From Longimicrobiales bacterium (lineage in GTDB: Bacteria; Gemmatimonadota; Gemmatimonadetes; Longimicrobiales; RSA9), in the NCBI GenBank assembly GCA_039912685.1, contig JBDSPG010000145.1, positions 1 through 48,339 on the forward strand: a DNA stretch of 48,339 nucleotides, written 5' to 3'. Below, piece by piece: positions 19,628 to 29,434 of this stretch. The translations under genes and the position numbers were made by a program. Under the pieces are notes generated by a model. The model did not search any database. It was not told where the DNA came from and saw only the letters and a list, made by a program, of their open reading frames with translations. Positions within the stretch are counted from its first letter, which is position 1, and each line of letters begins with the position of its first letter.

Positions 19628-20017
19628 ATGAAGTCCTTGATGAAGGTGTTGGCAGTGGTAGCGGCCACGGCAGCGGGGAGTGCGACCGGTTGCGCCACTG
19701 CGAGCGGCCCGAAGACGTGCTCGCTGGTTGGCTGCGAGGCAGGCCTCGCCATCGAGGTGCGCGGTGACCGCGGCGGCGATGTCACTGTGAAGGTGACCGC
19801 GGCTGACGGTCAAACCAAGTCGTTCGAATGCGACGCGGACGTATCCGGCTGCAGCACGTTCATTCCCGACTTCATGCCGGAGAATGTGACTGTCACGGTG
19901 ACGAAGAAGGAGGGCAACTTCGTCAAGTCATACGCCGTGGCCTACAACAACGTGCATCCGAATGGCGACGACTGTCCGCCGGTGTGCAGGCAGGGACACA
20001 TCGACGTATTGCTCTAG
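19628..20017 (+). CDS. Small Cys-rich lipoprotein
   Basis: GGAGGAGG SD, lipobox ATGC, six further Cys (TCSLVGC, EC...GC, DCPPVC). Confidence 0.75.
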   Translation: MKSLMKVLAVVAATAAGSATGCATASGPKTCSLVGCEAGLAIEVRGDRGGDVTVKVTAADGQTKSFECDADVSGCSTFIPDFMPENVTVTVTKKEGNFVKSYAVAYNNVHPNGDDCPPVCRQGHIDVLL

Positions 20018-20061
20018 GCGCGCTCGTTCAGTCCATCCACCACCAACCAACCAGGACCCCC

Positions 20062-23000
20062 ATGCGCCATTCCGCACCCTCGACTTTCCAAACCATCGCT
20101 CTCGCAACGATCGTCGCCTTTGCAACGGCATTACCGTGTGCATCCCAGTCGAAAGCCGATTCGACTAAAACGAACAAGAATCTTCCGCTGGAAGTGGCGA
20201 GAACGATTCATTTGTCGACGGACGAGGGGTCGTGGATGTCGCTGGACGTGAGTCCGGATGGACGCACGATCGTGTTCGATCTGATGGGCGATTTGTTCAC
20301 GGTGCCGATCACGGGAGGAACGGCGACGCAGCTGACGAAGGGGATGGCGTTCGATGGTCAGCCGCGGTACAGCCCAGACGGCAGCAAGGTGGTGTTCGTA
20401 TCCGACCGGAGCGGTGGCGACAATCTGTGGACGCTGGATATCGCGAAGGGTGACACGACGCAGATCACGAAAGGGAACGGCAACGCATGGATGTCACCGG
20501 ACTGGACGCCGGACGGCAAGTACCTGGTGGCGTCAAAGGGCGAAACGAGGCTCGGGACCGTGCGGCTGTGGATGGGTCACATCGCGGGCGGTGGCGGCAC
20601 GCAGATCCACAAGACGCCGGTATCGCTGAAGACGAACGGCGCCGCGGTGTCGCCGGATGGCCGCTATATCTGGTATGCGCGTCGCAACAACAGCTGGGAC
20701 TACAACGCAGAAATGCCGCAGTACCAGCTCGGCGTATATGATCGCGAGACCGGGCAGGACTTCGAGCGCACCGCACGGTATGGGTCCGCATTCCGTCCGA
20801 CGTTGTCGCCCGACGGCAAATGGCTCGTGTACGGATCGCGTGACGAGGACAAGACGGGTCTGCGCATTCGCGATCTCGCATCGGGTGATGAGAAGTGGCT
20901 CGCATATCCGATCCAGCGTGATGACCAGGAATCCATCGGTGATCGCGATGTTCTTCCAGGAATGTCGTTCACGCCGGACTCGAAGGAGGTGGTGGCATCA
21001 TACGGCGGCAAGCTTTGGCGCATCCCGATCGACCGCAGTGCGTCGATTCCGGTGCCGTTCCATGTCGAGGCGGACATGCTGCTTGGGCCGAAGGTCGAGT
21101 TTTCCTATCGGGTCGATGACGGCCGCGAGTTCAACATCAGGCAGATCCGCGACGCTGTGCCTTCGCCTGACGGCAGGCAGCTGGCATTCGTCGCACTCGA
21201 TCGTCTGTATGTAATGGACTACCCCGCAGGAGCGCCCCGCCGTATCACGACGAACAATGTCACGGAAGCAATGCCGTCGTGGTCACCGGACGGTCAGTGG
21301 CTCGCGTATGTCACATGGACGATCGACGGCGGCAGCATCTACAAGGTGCGCGCGGCAGGTCGGTCGGCCCCGGTCAAGCTGACTAATACGATCGCGACTT
21401 ATCAGGAGCCGGTCTGGTCGCCAGCAGGTGATCGCATTGTTGCCGTGCGCGGCTCCGCACAGGCTTTCCGCGAGTCGACCGGCACAATTGCGCCCGGCGT
21501 TGCGACCGACCTGATCTGGATTCCATCGGCCGGCGGTGCTGCCACCATGGTCGCGCCGATGGACGGCCGCGACTATCCGCATTTCACGACCGACGCGAAA
21601 CGCATTTTCATGTATTCGTTCACGAAGGGTCTCGTTTCGATCCGCTGGGACGGATCTGATGAAAAGGCCCACGTGAAGATCGTCGGCACAACCCGACCGG
21701 GCGCAACCGCGCCGAGCACGCCGGACTTTATCATGATGGCACCGGCGGGTGATCGCGCACTCGCGCTGCTCAACAGCGAGCTGTACGTCGCAACCGTACC
21801 GTACGTGGGTGGTGCAGTTCAATCCATTTCGGTGGCGAGTCCCGAGAACGCAGCATTCCCCGCGAGAAAGTTGACTGTCATTGGCGGCCAGTTCCCCGCA
21901 TGGGAGAAAGATGGGAAGAAGGTCCACTGGTCGATCGGCAATGCGCACTTCGTGTACGATCTCGACCGCGCGCAGATGTTCGACGACTCCGTGAAAGCCG
22001 TGACGGATGCGAAGGCCAAACGCGATGCCTTCCTTTCAGGCGACACGGCTGCAGCGAGAGCGGACAGCGTTACGCGCGCCGACAGCGTGGCGAGGATGGA
22101 CAGCACTGCGAAGGCGTTGGCCGCGAAGGCGGACTCCGTGAAGAAGAAGAAGTACGAGCCGGCAGAGCACCGCATCCTGGTCAAAGCAGCGCGTGACATT
22201 CCAACCGGGACGGCTGTTTTGCGAGGCGCGCGGGTCATCACAATGAAGGGCGACGAAGTCATCGAGAACGCCGACATCATTGTGAAAGACAATCGCATCC
22301 AGGCGGTCGGAGCGAGGGGCAGTGTCACTGTCCCCGCAGATGCGCAGGTGATCGATGTGACGGGCAAAACAATCACGCCCGGGTTTGTGGATACACACGC
22401 GCACATGTGGCCCGACTGGGGGCTCCACAAGGAACAGGCGTGGATGTACCTCACGAACCTCGCATACGGGATAACGACGACGCGCGATCCGCAGACGGCC
22501 ACGACGGATGTGCTCACATACAGTGACCTGGTTGATCACGGAGAGATCCTCGGTCCCCGCGTGTACTCAACGGGGCCTGGCGTGTTCGGCGATTACGTCG
22601 AGGATCCGATCACCGACCTCGAGGCAGCGCGCAACATCCTGAAACGCTACAGCGAGTACTACGACACGAAGACGATCAAGATGTACATGGCGGGGAACCG
22701 TCAGCAGCGCCAGTGGATCATTACTGCGGCGAAAGAACAGAAGCTCATGCCCACGACCGAGGGCGGGCTCATGTTCAAGTACAACCTGACGATGGCGCTG
22801 GATGGATATCCCGGTCAGGAGCACGCCATTCCGGTCTATCCGTTCTACAGTGACGTCACACAGCTGTTCGCCAAGAGCGGCATTACATATACACCAACGC
22901 TGATCGTGTCGTACGGCGGCCCGTTCTCCGAGAATTACTGGTTCGAGCATGAGAACGTGCACGGCGACGCCAAACTGTCACATTTCACTCCGCACGCGGA

Positions 23001-23475
23001 ACTGGACTCCAAGGCGCGCCGTCGCAAAGACGGCTGGTTCATGGATGACGAGTATGTATTCCAGGAGCATGCAGCCGGACTGAAGTCGATTGTCGAGGCG
23101 GGCGGCAGGATCGGTGTAGGCGGCCATGGTGAGCTGCAGGGCATGGGCTACCATTGGGAGATATGGATGGTACAATCCGGTGGTATGCGACCGCTCGACG
23201 CGTTGCGGGCAGCGACCATCATGGGTGCTCAGGGCATCGGCCTCGGCGATGACCTCGGTTCTATCGAGCCGGGCAAGCTCGCGGATCTCGTGATCCTGGA
23301 TGCGAATCCGCTCGAGAACATCAAGAACACGAACACCATCCGGTGGGTAATGAAGAACGGTCGTCTCTATGAGGGCGACACGCTGAACGAGACATACCCG
23401 CGTCAGAAGAAGCTCGATCTTGGCGACTGGATTGTTGCAGACCCGGCATCACAGGTGAAGGCGGGAATCAAATAG
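20062..23475 (+). CDS. Amidohydrolase family protein with N-terminal TolB-like (PD40) beta-propellers
   Basis: Signal peptide, repeated SPDG blades, PGFVDTHAH metal motif, GSIEPGKLADLVILDANPL. Confidence 0.92.
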   Translation: MRHSAPSTFQTIALATIVAFATALPCASQSKADSTKTNKNLPLEVARTIHLSTDEGSWMSLDVSPDGRTIVFDLMGDLFTVPITGGTATQLTKGMAFDGQPRYSPDGSKVVFVSDRSGGDNLWTLDIAKGDTTQITKGNGNAWMSPDWTPDGKYLVASKGETRLGTVRLWMGHIAGGGGTQIHKTPVSLKTNGAAVSPDGRYIWYARRNNSWDYNAEMPQYQLGVYDRETGQDFERTARYGSAFRPTLSPDGKWLVYGSRDEDKTGLRIRDLASGDEKWLAYPIQRDDQESIGDRDVLPGMSFTPDSKEVVASYGGKLWRIPIDRSASIPVPFHVEADMLLGPKVEFSYRVDDGREFNIRQIRDAVPSPDGRQLAFVALDRLYVMDYPAGAPRRITTNNVTEAMPSWSPDGQWLAYVTWTIDGGSIYKVRAAGRSAPVKLTNTIATYQEPVWSPAGDRIVAVRGSAQAFRESTGTIAPGVATDLIWIPSAGGAATMVAPMDGRDYPHFTTDAKRIFMYSFTKGLVSIRWDGSDEKAHVKIVGTTRPGATAPSTPDFIMMAPAGDRALALLNSELYVATVPYVGGAVQSISVASPENAAFPARKLTVIGGQFPAWEKDGKKVHWSIGNAHFVYDLDRAQMFDDSVKAVTDAKAKRDAFLSGDTAAARADSVTRADSVARMDSTAKALAAKADSVKKKKYEPAEHRILVKAARDIPTGTAVLRGARVITMKGDEVIENADIIVKDNRIQAVGARGSVTVPADAQVIDVTGKTITPGFVDTHAHMWPDWGLHKEQAWMYLTNLAYGITTTRDPQTATTDVLTYSDLVDHGEILGPRVYSTGPGVFGDYVEDPITDLEAARNILKRYSEYYDTKTIKMYMAGNRQQRQWIITAAKEQKLMPTTEGGLMFKYNLTMALDGYPGQEHAIPVYPFYSDVTQLFAKSGITYTPTLIVSYGGPFSENYWFEHENVHGDAKLSHFTPHAELDSKARRRKDGWFMDDEYVFQEHAAGLKSIVEAGGRIGVGGHGELQGMGYHWEIWMVQSGGMRPLDALRAATIMGAQGIGLGDDLGSIEPGKLADLVILDANPLENIKNTNTIRWVMKNGRLYEGDTLNETYPRQKKLDLGDWIVADPASQVKAGIK

Positions 23476-23480
23476 GACAG

Positions 23481-24308
23481 TTACGCGCCGCCGCTCATGA
23501 CTCTCTCGAGGGTATCCTTGCGGGTACGGCTGAGCGGCAGGCGCGTGCCATTCTTCAACACCACGACATGCCGGTTCGCATAGTCTAGACGCAGCTCCTT
23601 AACACGATCGACATTGACAATCGCGGTCCTGTGGATGCGAACGAAGCGAACCGGATCCAGCTGATCTTCCAGCGCGCTCATGCTCTCACGAATGAGATGC
23701 GTCGCGTCGCCGACATGCAGACGTGAGTAGTAATCCGCCGACTCGATCCAGTCGATTCCTTCCACCGGCTGGAAGAATACACGCCCACTCTCCTTAACCA
23801 TCACGCGGCTCAGGAACGCGCCCGGGCGGTGCTCGCTGTCGCCACCCGCGGTCGACGGATCAGGTGTCGCTACACCCGCGCGCTGCTCGTAAGCCTGGAG
23901 CAGTGAAGACAGTCGCAGTGCAAGTGTCTCGTCACGGCCGCGGCTCAGATGCTCACGCGCACGATCGATCACTGCGAAAAATCGTTCGTCATCAAACGGC
24001 TTCATGATATAGTCGAGCGCCTGCACCTCGAATGCGCGGACGGCAAAGCTGTCATATGCGGTGATGAAAATGACGGCGCCGTACTCCTCCGCGTCGAGAG
24101 CATTGAGCACCTCGAACCCGTTCATTTCCGGCATCTGGATGTCGAGCAGCAGAAGGTCCGGCTTCAATCTGCGGATGGTATCGACAGCCTCAGACCCGTT
24201 TGTCGCTTCTCCGACTACGACAATATCCGCGACCTGGCTGAGCAGGCGCCGGACACCGGCGCGCGCTAGCGGTTCGTCATCAACGACGACCGCACGAATG
24301 TCAGCCAC
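23481..24308 (-). CDS. LytTR-family response regulator
   Basis: VVDDEPLAR, LDIQMP, FITAYD, DYIMKP receiver; FVRIHRTAIVN and LSR LytTR domain. Confidence 0.95.
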   Translation of the reverse strand: MADIRAVVVDDEPLARAGVRRLLSQVADIVVVGEATNGSEAVDTIRRLKPDLLLLDIQMPEMNGFEVLNALDAEEYGAVIFITAYDSFAVRAFEVQALDYIMKPFDDERFFAVIDRAREHLSRGRDETLALRLSSLLQAYEQRAGVATPDPSTAGGDSEHRPGAFLSRVMVKESGRVFFQPVEGIDWIESADYYSRLHVGDATHLIRESMSALEDQLDPVRFVRIHRTAIVNVDRVKELRLDYANRHVVVLKNGTRLPLSRTRKDTLERVMSGGA

Positions 24309-25509
24309 GCTCGGTCGTCACGGGCGTTTCGTGGTACGGGATGCGCAGCGTCACGAGCGTGCCCTGCACAGGCGCATTGCGGATGTCGATGGAACCGGCG
24401 CCGCCATAGAGATGCTGAAGCCGGGCGACGGTATTGCGTAGACCGATCCCGGTCAGGTCATCCATTGAGAACCCGGGCGCCAGGCCGGGTCCATCATCGC
24501 GAACGGAGACCAATAGACTGCCGTTCTCCCGTGCGACACGAAGCTCGATTTCGCCCGCCGCAGCGCGACTCGAGATGCCGTGACGAATCGCATTCTCGAT
24601 GATCGGCTGGAGCACGAGGTTCGGTACGAACGCGTCGCGCGTGCCCTCCTCCACTACTATCTCGACACGCAACCGATCCTGAAACCGAAGCTGCTCGATC
24701 TCGAGATACCGGCCAAGGAAGTCCAGTTCCTCGCGAATCGGCACTTCCTGGTCGCCTTCATCCTCGAGCAGATGACGGAGCAGGTCGCTGAGCCGCGCGA
24801 GCATGCGCACCGAAGTCTGCGTCTCACCCTCGCGCACGAGCATCGCGATGGTGTTGAGTGTGTTGAAGAGGAAGTGAGGCTGCAGCTGCATGCGCAGCGC
24901 ACCGAGCTGTGCATCCTTCAGCTGTGACTGCAGTTCGACTGCAATCAGTTCGCGCTCGCGCAGACGACGATAGAAGTCCGTTGCGTACCCGATCGAGGCC
25001 AGCGTGCCGTAGATGGCGAGGCCGAACGGAACGAAGATGATCATGCTGCGAAGCAGATGTGGCAGCGAGAAAGCGTCGGGTGCGCCCGGCGGCGGTCCGA
25101 ACATCAGAATGATCGTCCAGAATACGCCGAAGAAGTAACCGCCGATGACACCCATCCACGCGTGGAGCAGCAGCTGCGGGAACCGCGGCCTGCCATCGAA
25201 CGGAATGTGCCGGCTGACTGAAAGAATGAGCGGGGTGACGACCGCCCAGTAATACCAGGGCGCGCCGAGCTGCAGGAATGCACCGAAAACGGACCGAGCC
25301 ACAGGATTTTCGGGCTCGAGCATGAGCAGCGCAGTGAAGCCGACTGCGGGGATGCTCCAGAGCGCGAAGGCCATAATCCACACGCGCCGAATCCTCATTG
25401 GGCTCCGGACGCGGGTCAATCGAGGGTCAGCAGAGCCGGCCACCGCCGCATCGCCGCCTGCCCGGCTGCTCCCCCCGACGATCGGTCCAGGTTTCCGTGA
25501 ATCCATCAT
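24301..25509 (-). CDS. LytS/YehU-type membrane sensor histidine kinase
   Basis: N-terminal TM helices, QLQPHFLFNTLN, LQPIIENAIRHG, DDGPG, GIGLRN. Start uncertain (25509 or 25398). Confidence 0.92.
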   Translation of the reverse strand: MMDSRKPGPIVGGSSRAGGDAAVAGSADPRLTRVRSPMRIRRVWIMAFALWSIPAVGFTALLMLEPENPVARSVFGAFLQLGAPWYYWAVVTPLILSVSRHIPFDGRPRFPQLLLHAWMGVIGGYFFGVFWTIILMFGPPPGAPDAFSLPHLLRSMIIFVPFGLAIYGTLASIGYATDFYRRLRERELIAVELQSQLKDAQLGALRMQLQPHFLFNTLNTIAMLVREGETQTSVRMLARLSDLLRHLLEDEGDQEVPIREELDFLGRYLEIEQLRFQDRLRVEIVVEEGTRDAFVPNLVLQPIIENAIRHGISSRAAAGEIELRVARENGSLLVSVRDDGPGLAPGFSMDDLTGIGLRNTVARLQHLYGGAGSIDIRNAPVQGTLVTLRIPYHETPVTTERG

Positions 25510-25649
25510 ATCGCTAATGTCGCATGGTGCTGGCCGCGCGGGAACCGCATTGCAGCCGGGTGGACGGGTCCTGCTGGGAACCGGCGCCCGTTGCCGGGAA
25601 CGGCGGGCGACCCCTGCGAACCACAGTAATGGAGGCGAAGTGTACACAA

Positions 25650-26861
25650 ATGGCTATGAGCGGTGCTCACCGGCGTCACACTCGTCATGAAACGCACCGG
25701 AAGTTGACCGCGGAAGCGCTGCAATGCTTTGCAATCGCGGCACCGGGTCTCGAGCGGCTGGTGGCCGCCGAGCTCGGCGCGCTCGGATGTACACCAACAA
25801 TCACGCAGGGCGGCGTCGAATTCACCGGTAACGCGCGCCTTATCTACGAAGCGAATCTGCGACTGCGCGTTGCGAGTCGCATACTGGTGCGCATCGCTTC
25901 ATTTCGGGCGCGCACGTTCCACGAACTGGAACGGCACGCGCAGAAAATACCATGGCGGGATTATCTCGCGCGGAACGGTGTCATCGCGCTGCGCGTAACA
26001 GCGCGCAAGTCGAAACTGTATCACGAAGGCGCAATCGCTGAGCGACTGATGACTGCGATCGAGAAGACGGTTGGCCCAGTGCAGCCGCGCAATGCGCTAC
26101 CGGATGATGAAGACGCAATGCTGGATGATGCCCAGATGTTCGTGGTCCGGTTTGTTCGCGATGAATGTGTAGTCAGTGTCGACTCATCCGGTGCTCTGCT
26201 GCATCGGCGCGGATATCGACAGGCCGTTGCGAAGGCACCGTTGCGTGAGACACTCGCTGCTGCCATGTTGCTCGGTTCAGACTGGGATGCCTCTGCACCG
26301 CTCGTCGATCCAATGTGCGGTTCAGGAACAATCGCAATCGAGGCTGCCTTGATCGCGCGACGCATCGCCCCTGGCATCGCAAATCTGGCGCTGGAGCCGC
26401 GCGCGTATGCGTTTCAAGGATGGCCTGGCTTCGACGCGCGCACCTGGTCCACTGTCGTCGAAAATGCGCGCGCGGATGTGCGGCCCAATGCAGGTGTGGT
26501 GATCCACGGATCCGATCGGGACGCCGGCGCGATTACGGCGGCTCACGCCAACGCCTCGCGGGCGGGCGTAACAGATGACGTAGTATTCGAAAAACTTTCC
26601 CTGTCGGCGGCGAACATACCGGCCCCTGCCGCATGGCTGGTGACCAATCCGCCGTATGGTGTGCGCGTGGGGTCCGGCGATCAACGCGATCTGTACGCCG
26701 CCGTTGGCCGTGTCGCGAAGGAAATGCTGACCACGGGCCGCGTCGTGCTCCTGACGCCCGAGCCGCTCGCCTCGCGCCAGACGGGTCTGCCGCTCGAGAC
26801 GTTGTTCGAAACCCGCAATGGCGGGATCACGGTCCGGCTGCTCGCAACGCCGGAGTTGTGA
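25650..26861 (+). CDS. THUMP-domain class I SAM-dependent RNA methyltransferase (RlmL-like)
   Basis: APGLE, ANLRLRVASRIL, LHRRGYR..APLRETLAA, DPMCGSGTI, NPPYG. Start uncertain. Confidence 0.9.
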   Translation: MAMSGAHRRHTRHETHRKLTAEALQCFAIAAPGLERLVAAELGALGCTPTITQGGVEFTGNARLIYEANLRLRVASRILVRIASFRARTFHELERHAQKIPWRDYLARNGVIALRVTARKSKLYHEGAIAERLMTAIEKTVGPVQPRNALPDDEDAMLDDAQMFVVRFVRDECVVSVDSSGALLHRRGYRQAVAKAPLRETLAAAMLLGSDWDASAPLVDPMCGSGTIAIEAALIARRIAPGIANLALEPRAYAFQGWPGFDARTWSTVVENARADVRPNAGVVIHGSDRDAGAITAAHANASRAGVTDDVVFEKLSLSAANIPAPAAWLVTNPPYGVRVGSGDQRDLYAAVGRVAKEMLTTGRVVLLTPEPLASRQTGLPLETLFETRNGGITVRLLATPEL

Positions 26862-26916
26862 ACGACCCCGCAGGCCGATTATCTTCGAGTGTCAGTCCAT
26901 GTCAAAGGAGATTTTT

Positions 26917-27510
26917 ATGCGACGTCTGATGTACGGCGCCGTCACCGTTCTCGCGCTGGCCGGCAGTCTGCCGTCCGCAGCGCGAGCACAAACGGCGGCG
27001 CAACCACTGCCTGCGGATCACCCGCCTCTTGCGCTCGGTGCAGTTGCACCCGACTTCGAGTTACCCGGTGCGACACGCTACGGCACACTGTCGAAGCCGG
27101 TGAAGCTCAGCGATTACAAGGGTGAGATTGTAGTACTCGCGTTTTTCTTCAAGGCGCGGACAAAGGGCTGAACCGTCCAAATGCACGCGTACCGTGAACA
27201 GTACGCGCAGATTTTCAATGATGGCAGGGGCGTGGTCGTGATCGGCATCAGTGCTGATCCGGTGGAGGCGCTCGCATCATGGATGCATGACGATGACTTC
27301 CAGTACCTGATGGCGAGCGACAAGGACCTGAAGGTTGCCACGCAGTACGGCGCCCTCTCGGGAAGGGGTGGCACCAATCGCAACCTGTTTGTCGTCGGGC
27401 CGGACGGGAAGATCGCATATCGTGCGACACCGTTCCGCGAAATCGATCCGACATCATACACGGAGCTCGGTGCTCTTATAAAGAGGCTGCTGCCGCCGGA
27501 CGAACAGTAG
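26917..27510 (+). CDS. Exported peroxiredoxin-like (AhpC/TSA, BCP-type) selenoprotein, Sec at codon 85
   Basis: Track ORFs 26818-27171 and 27181-27510 are in one frame, separated by a single TGA (27169-27171) in FFKART-K-G-U-T, the position of the peroxidatic Cys (TxGCT). AAGGAG SD, signal peptide, APDFELP, GISAD, RNLFVVGPDGKI. Confidence 0.88.
27182..27209 (+). promoter_or_regulatory. Putative bacterial SECIS element
   Basis: CGCGTAC-(CGTGAACA)-GTACGCG hairpin. Loop begins after 21 nt following the UGA and has GU at loop positions 2-3. Confidence 0.7.
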
Positions 27511-27555
27511 AATCGAAGTGCGCAGCGGCCGCGAGAACAAAAATGCGTTTGTTTG

Positions 27556-28059
27556 TTACTTTGCCGCCATGGCGCGGGCGAGGGCGGCATCGAACTTCTG
27601 GTCTTCGCCGGTGCCCGTGTAGACGACGCGGCCTTTCTTATCGAGGATGACGACGTAGGATGTGGATGGTGCCATGAACGCGCGGGTGGCGCGGCCGTCG
27701 ACATCCCAGAGGACGCGGCCGGGCATGGGGTGCTTGGCCATGTGACGCTTGATGCTGCGCGGTGTCTCGTTGACCGCGACCGCGACAACGAGCACATCTG
27801 CCTTCCCCCTGTATTTCTTTGCCGCAGCCTCGAGCTTCGGCGCCAGCGCCTGACAGATCGGGCACCACGTCGCCCAGAACTCCAGCAGCACCGGCTTCTT
27901 GCCGACGTATTGCGCAAGATCGACCGGCTTCCCGTCGAGATCCTCGATCCGAACCGGCTTGGCGACCGTACCGACCGGGAGTCCCACGTCCTGCGCATGC
28001 GTTGCAGCGGCGGGCAGAAGGATGAACGAGAGTGCGAGCGTTGCAACGATGCGTTTCAT
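27556..28059 (-). CDS. TlpA/ResA-family thiol-disulfide oxidoreductase
   Basis: Signal peptide ending THAQ, DLDGKPVDL, LLEFWATWCPIC, ILDKKGRV. Confidence 0.92.
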   Translation of the reverse strand: MKRIVATLALSFILLPAAATHAQDVGLPVGTVAKPVRIEDLDGKPVDLAQYVGKKPVLLEFWATWCPICQALAPKLEAAAKKYRGKADVLVVAVAVNETPRSIKRHMAKHPMPGRVLWDVDGRATRAFMAPSTSYVVILDKKGRVVYTGTGEDQKFDAALARAMAAK

Positions 28060-28076
28060 GGATTCAGCCACTTTCT

Positions 28077-28796
28077 TCACAGTACCATTCCTGCCTGAAT
28101 GAAGTAGTACTCCGCAGCGCCGATCAGGATCACGCCGGCAATTCGTTTCACCCATATCATCCAGGCACCGGAATGCGGCAGGCGGGCCAGCGTTCCGCTG
28201 AACAGGCCGACCATAATGAGAAGCGTGGTCATGCCGATGGAGAATACGAGCAGATAGACAAATCCGAGGGCCGCGTTGCGGGTCTGGGCGACGAAGGTCA
28301 GTACGGCGGCAAAAGCCGGTGCGCCGCAAGGCGCCGCGACAATGCCGGACGTCGCGCCGAGCAGGAATACGGCAGGATAGCTGCCGGCGCCGAGGCCCGC
28401 GGCCCAGCTGGTGAGCCGCTGCGGCGCGCGCAACGGCAGGGCATCGAACATGGCGAGCCCGAAAATCAGCAGGAGGTTACCGGTGATAATGCGCGCCCAT
28501 GGGTTGGCCGATACGGTGCCGAACAGGTTCCCGCTCAGGCCGGCCAGCAAGCCCAAGGTCGCATAGACCAGTGCCAGACCGAGTACGTATGTGAGGGTCA
28601 GCGTGATGGTCCGCAGGCGACTCGGCGTGCGGTCGGCGCTCCCGGCCAGGATCCCCGCCGTGATCGGAATCATCGGGTAGATGCAGGGGGTCAGGCTCGT
28701 CAGAACCCCGGCTCCGAAGAGCGAGACTACAGCCAGCAGCGGGTGATTCTGCAGGGTGTCGGCGAGGCCGGAGGCGAGGAGCCCGAACATTTCCAT
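28077..28796 (-). CDS. ccdA: CcdA/DsbD-type membrane electron transporter
   Basis: GVLTSLTPCIYPMIP and AAPCGAP Pro-Cys motifs; about 6 TM helices. Confidence 0.9.
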   Translation of the reverse strand: MEMFGLLASGLADTLQNHPLLAVVSLFGAGVLTSLTPCIYPMIPITAGILAGSADRTPSRLRTITLTLTYVLGLALVYATLGLLAGLSGNLFGTVSANPWARIITGNLLLIFGLAMFDALPLRAPQRLTSWAAGLGAGSYPAVFLLGATSGIVAAPCGAPAFAAVLTFVAQTRNAALGFVYLLVFSIGMTTLLIMVGLFSGTLARLPHSGAWMIWVKRIAGVILIGAAEYYFIQAGMVL

Positions 28797-28908
28797 GGCG
28801 GGAATTGTAACGTCAGATGGCTCGGTACGCTCAGAGCCGGGATGTTAGATTTATTGAACCGGCCGGACCGGACCGGTTTAGTCCAAGACCTGAATAGGAT
28901 ATCTGCAT

Positions 28909-29430
28909 ATGCGACGCCTGATGAGCTTCCTGTCGATCACCACCCTCCTGTTCGTAGCCGTGCGTTGTTCGGGCGGCGACGCGGTGCACGATGATGAAGC
29001 GGTCACGCGCGTCGCATCCGCCCAGCCGCCTGCCGCCGACGGCGCGACCGCGTCGGCGACGGCCGACACCATCGAAGTCTGGAAGGACCCGAATTGTGGC
29101 TGCTGCAAGAGTTGGGTCGAACACATGCGCAAGCACGGGTTCACTGTGATCGCGCATGACACATCCGACCTGACGCCCGTGAAGCAGAAGCGAGGCGTCG
29201 GTGCCGACCTCGCGTCATGCCACACCGGCGTGATCCACGGTTACACCATCGAAGGTCACGTCCCCGCCGATCTCGTGCGGAAGATGATCGATGAGAAGCC
29301 GGCCATCGCCGGACTCGCCGTACCTGGAATGCCGATGGGATCACCCGGCATGGAGGGCGGCACACCGATGAAGTACGATGTAATCGCATTCACCGCAGAC
29401 GGAGGCCGGAAGGTCTATGCGAGCCGCTGA
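28909..29430 (+). CDS. DUF411 metal-binding protein (CopG-like)
   Basis: KDPNCGCC..W..H, LASCHT, IEGHVPA, GLAVPGMPMGSPGME. Confidence 0.92.
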   Translation: MRRLMSFLSITTLLFVAVRCSGGDAVHDDEAVTRVASAQPPAADGATASATADTIEVWKDPNCGCCKSWVEHMRKHGFTVIAHDTSDLTPVKQKRGVGADLASCHTGVIHGYTIEGHVPADLVRKMIDEKPAIAGLAVPGMPMGSPGMEGGTPMKYDVIAFTADGGRKVYASR

Positions 29431-29434
29431 TTTC

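Noticed and set aside
26818-27510. Two separate short ORFs, or a nonsense-mutated peroxiredoxin pseudogene
   Set aside because: The stop is TGA exactly at the catalytic Cys column and is followed by a SECIS-like hairpin; Sec recoding is the simpler explanation.
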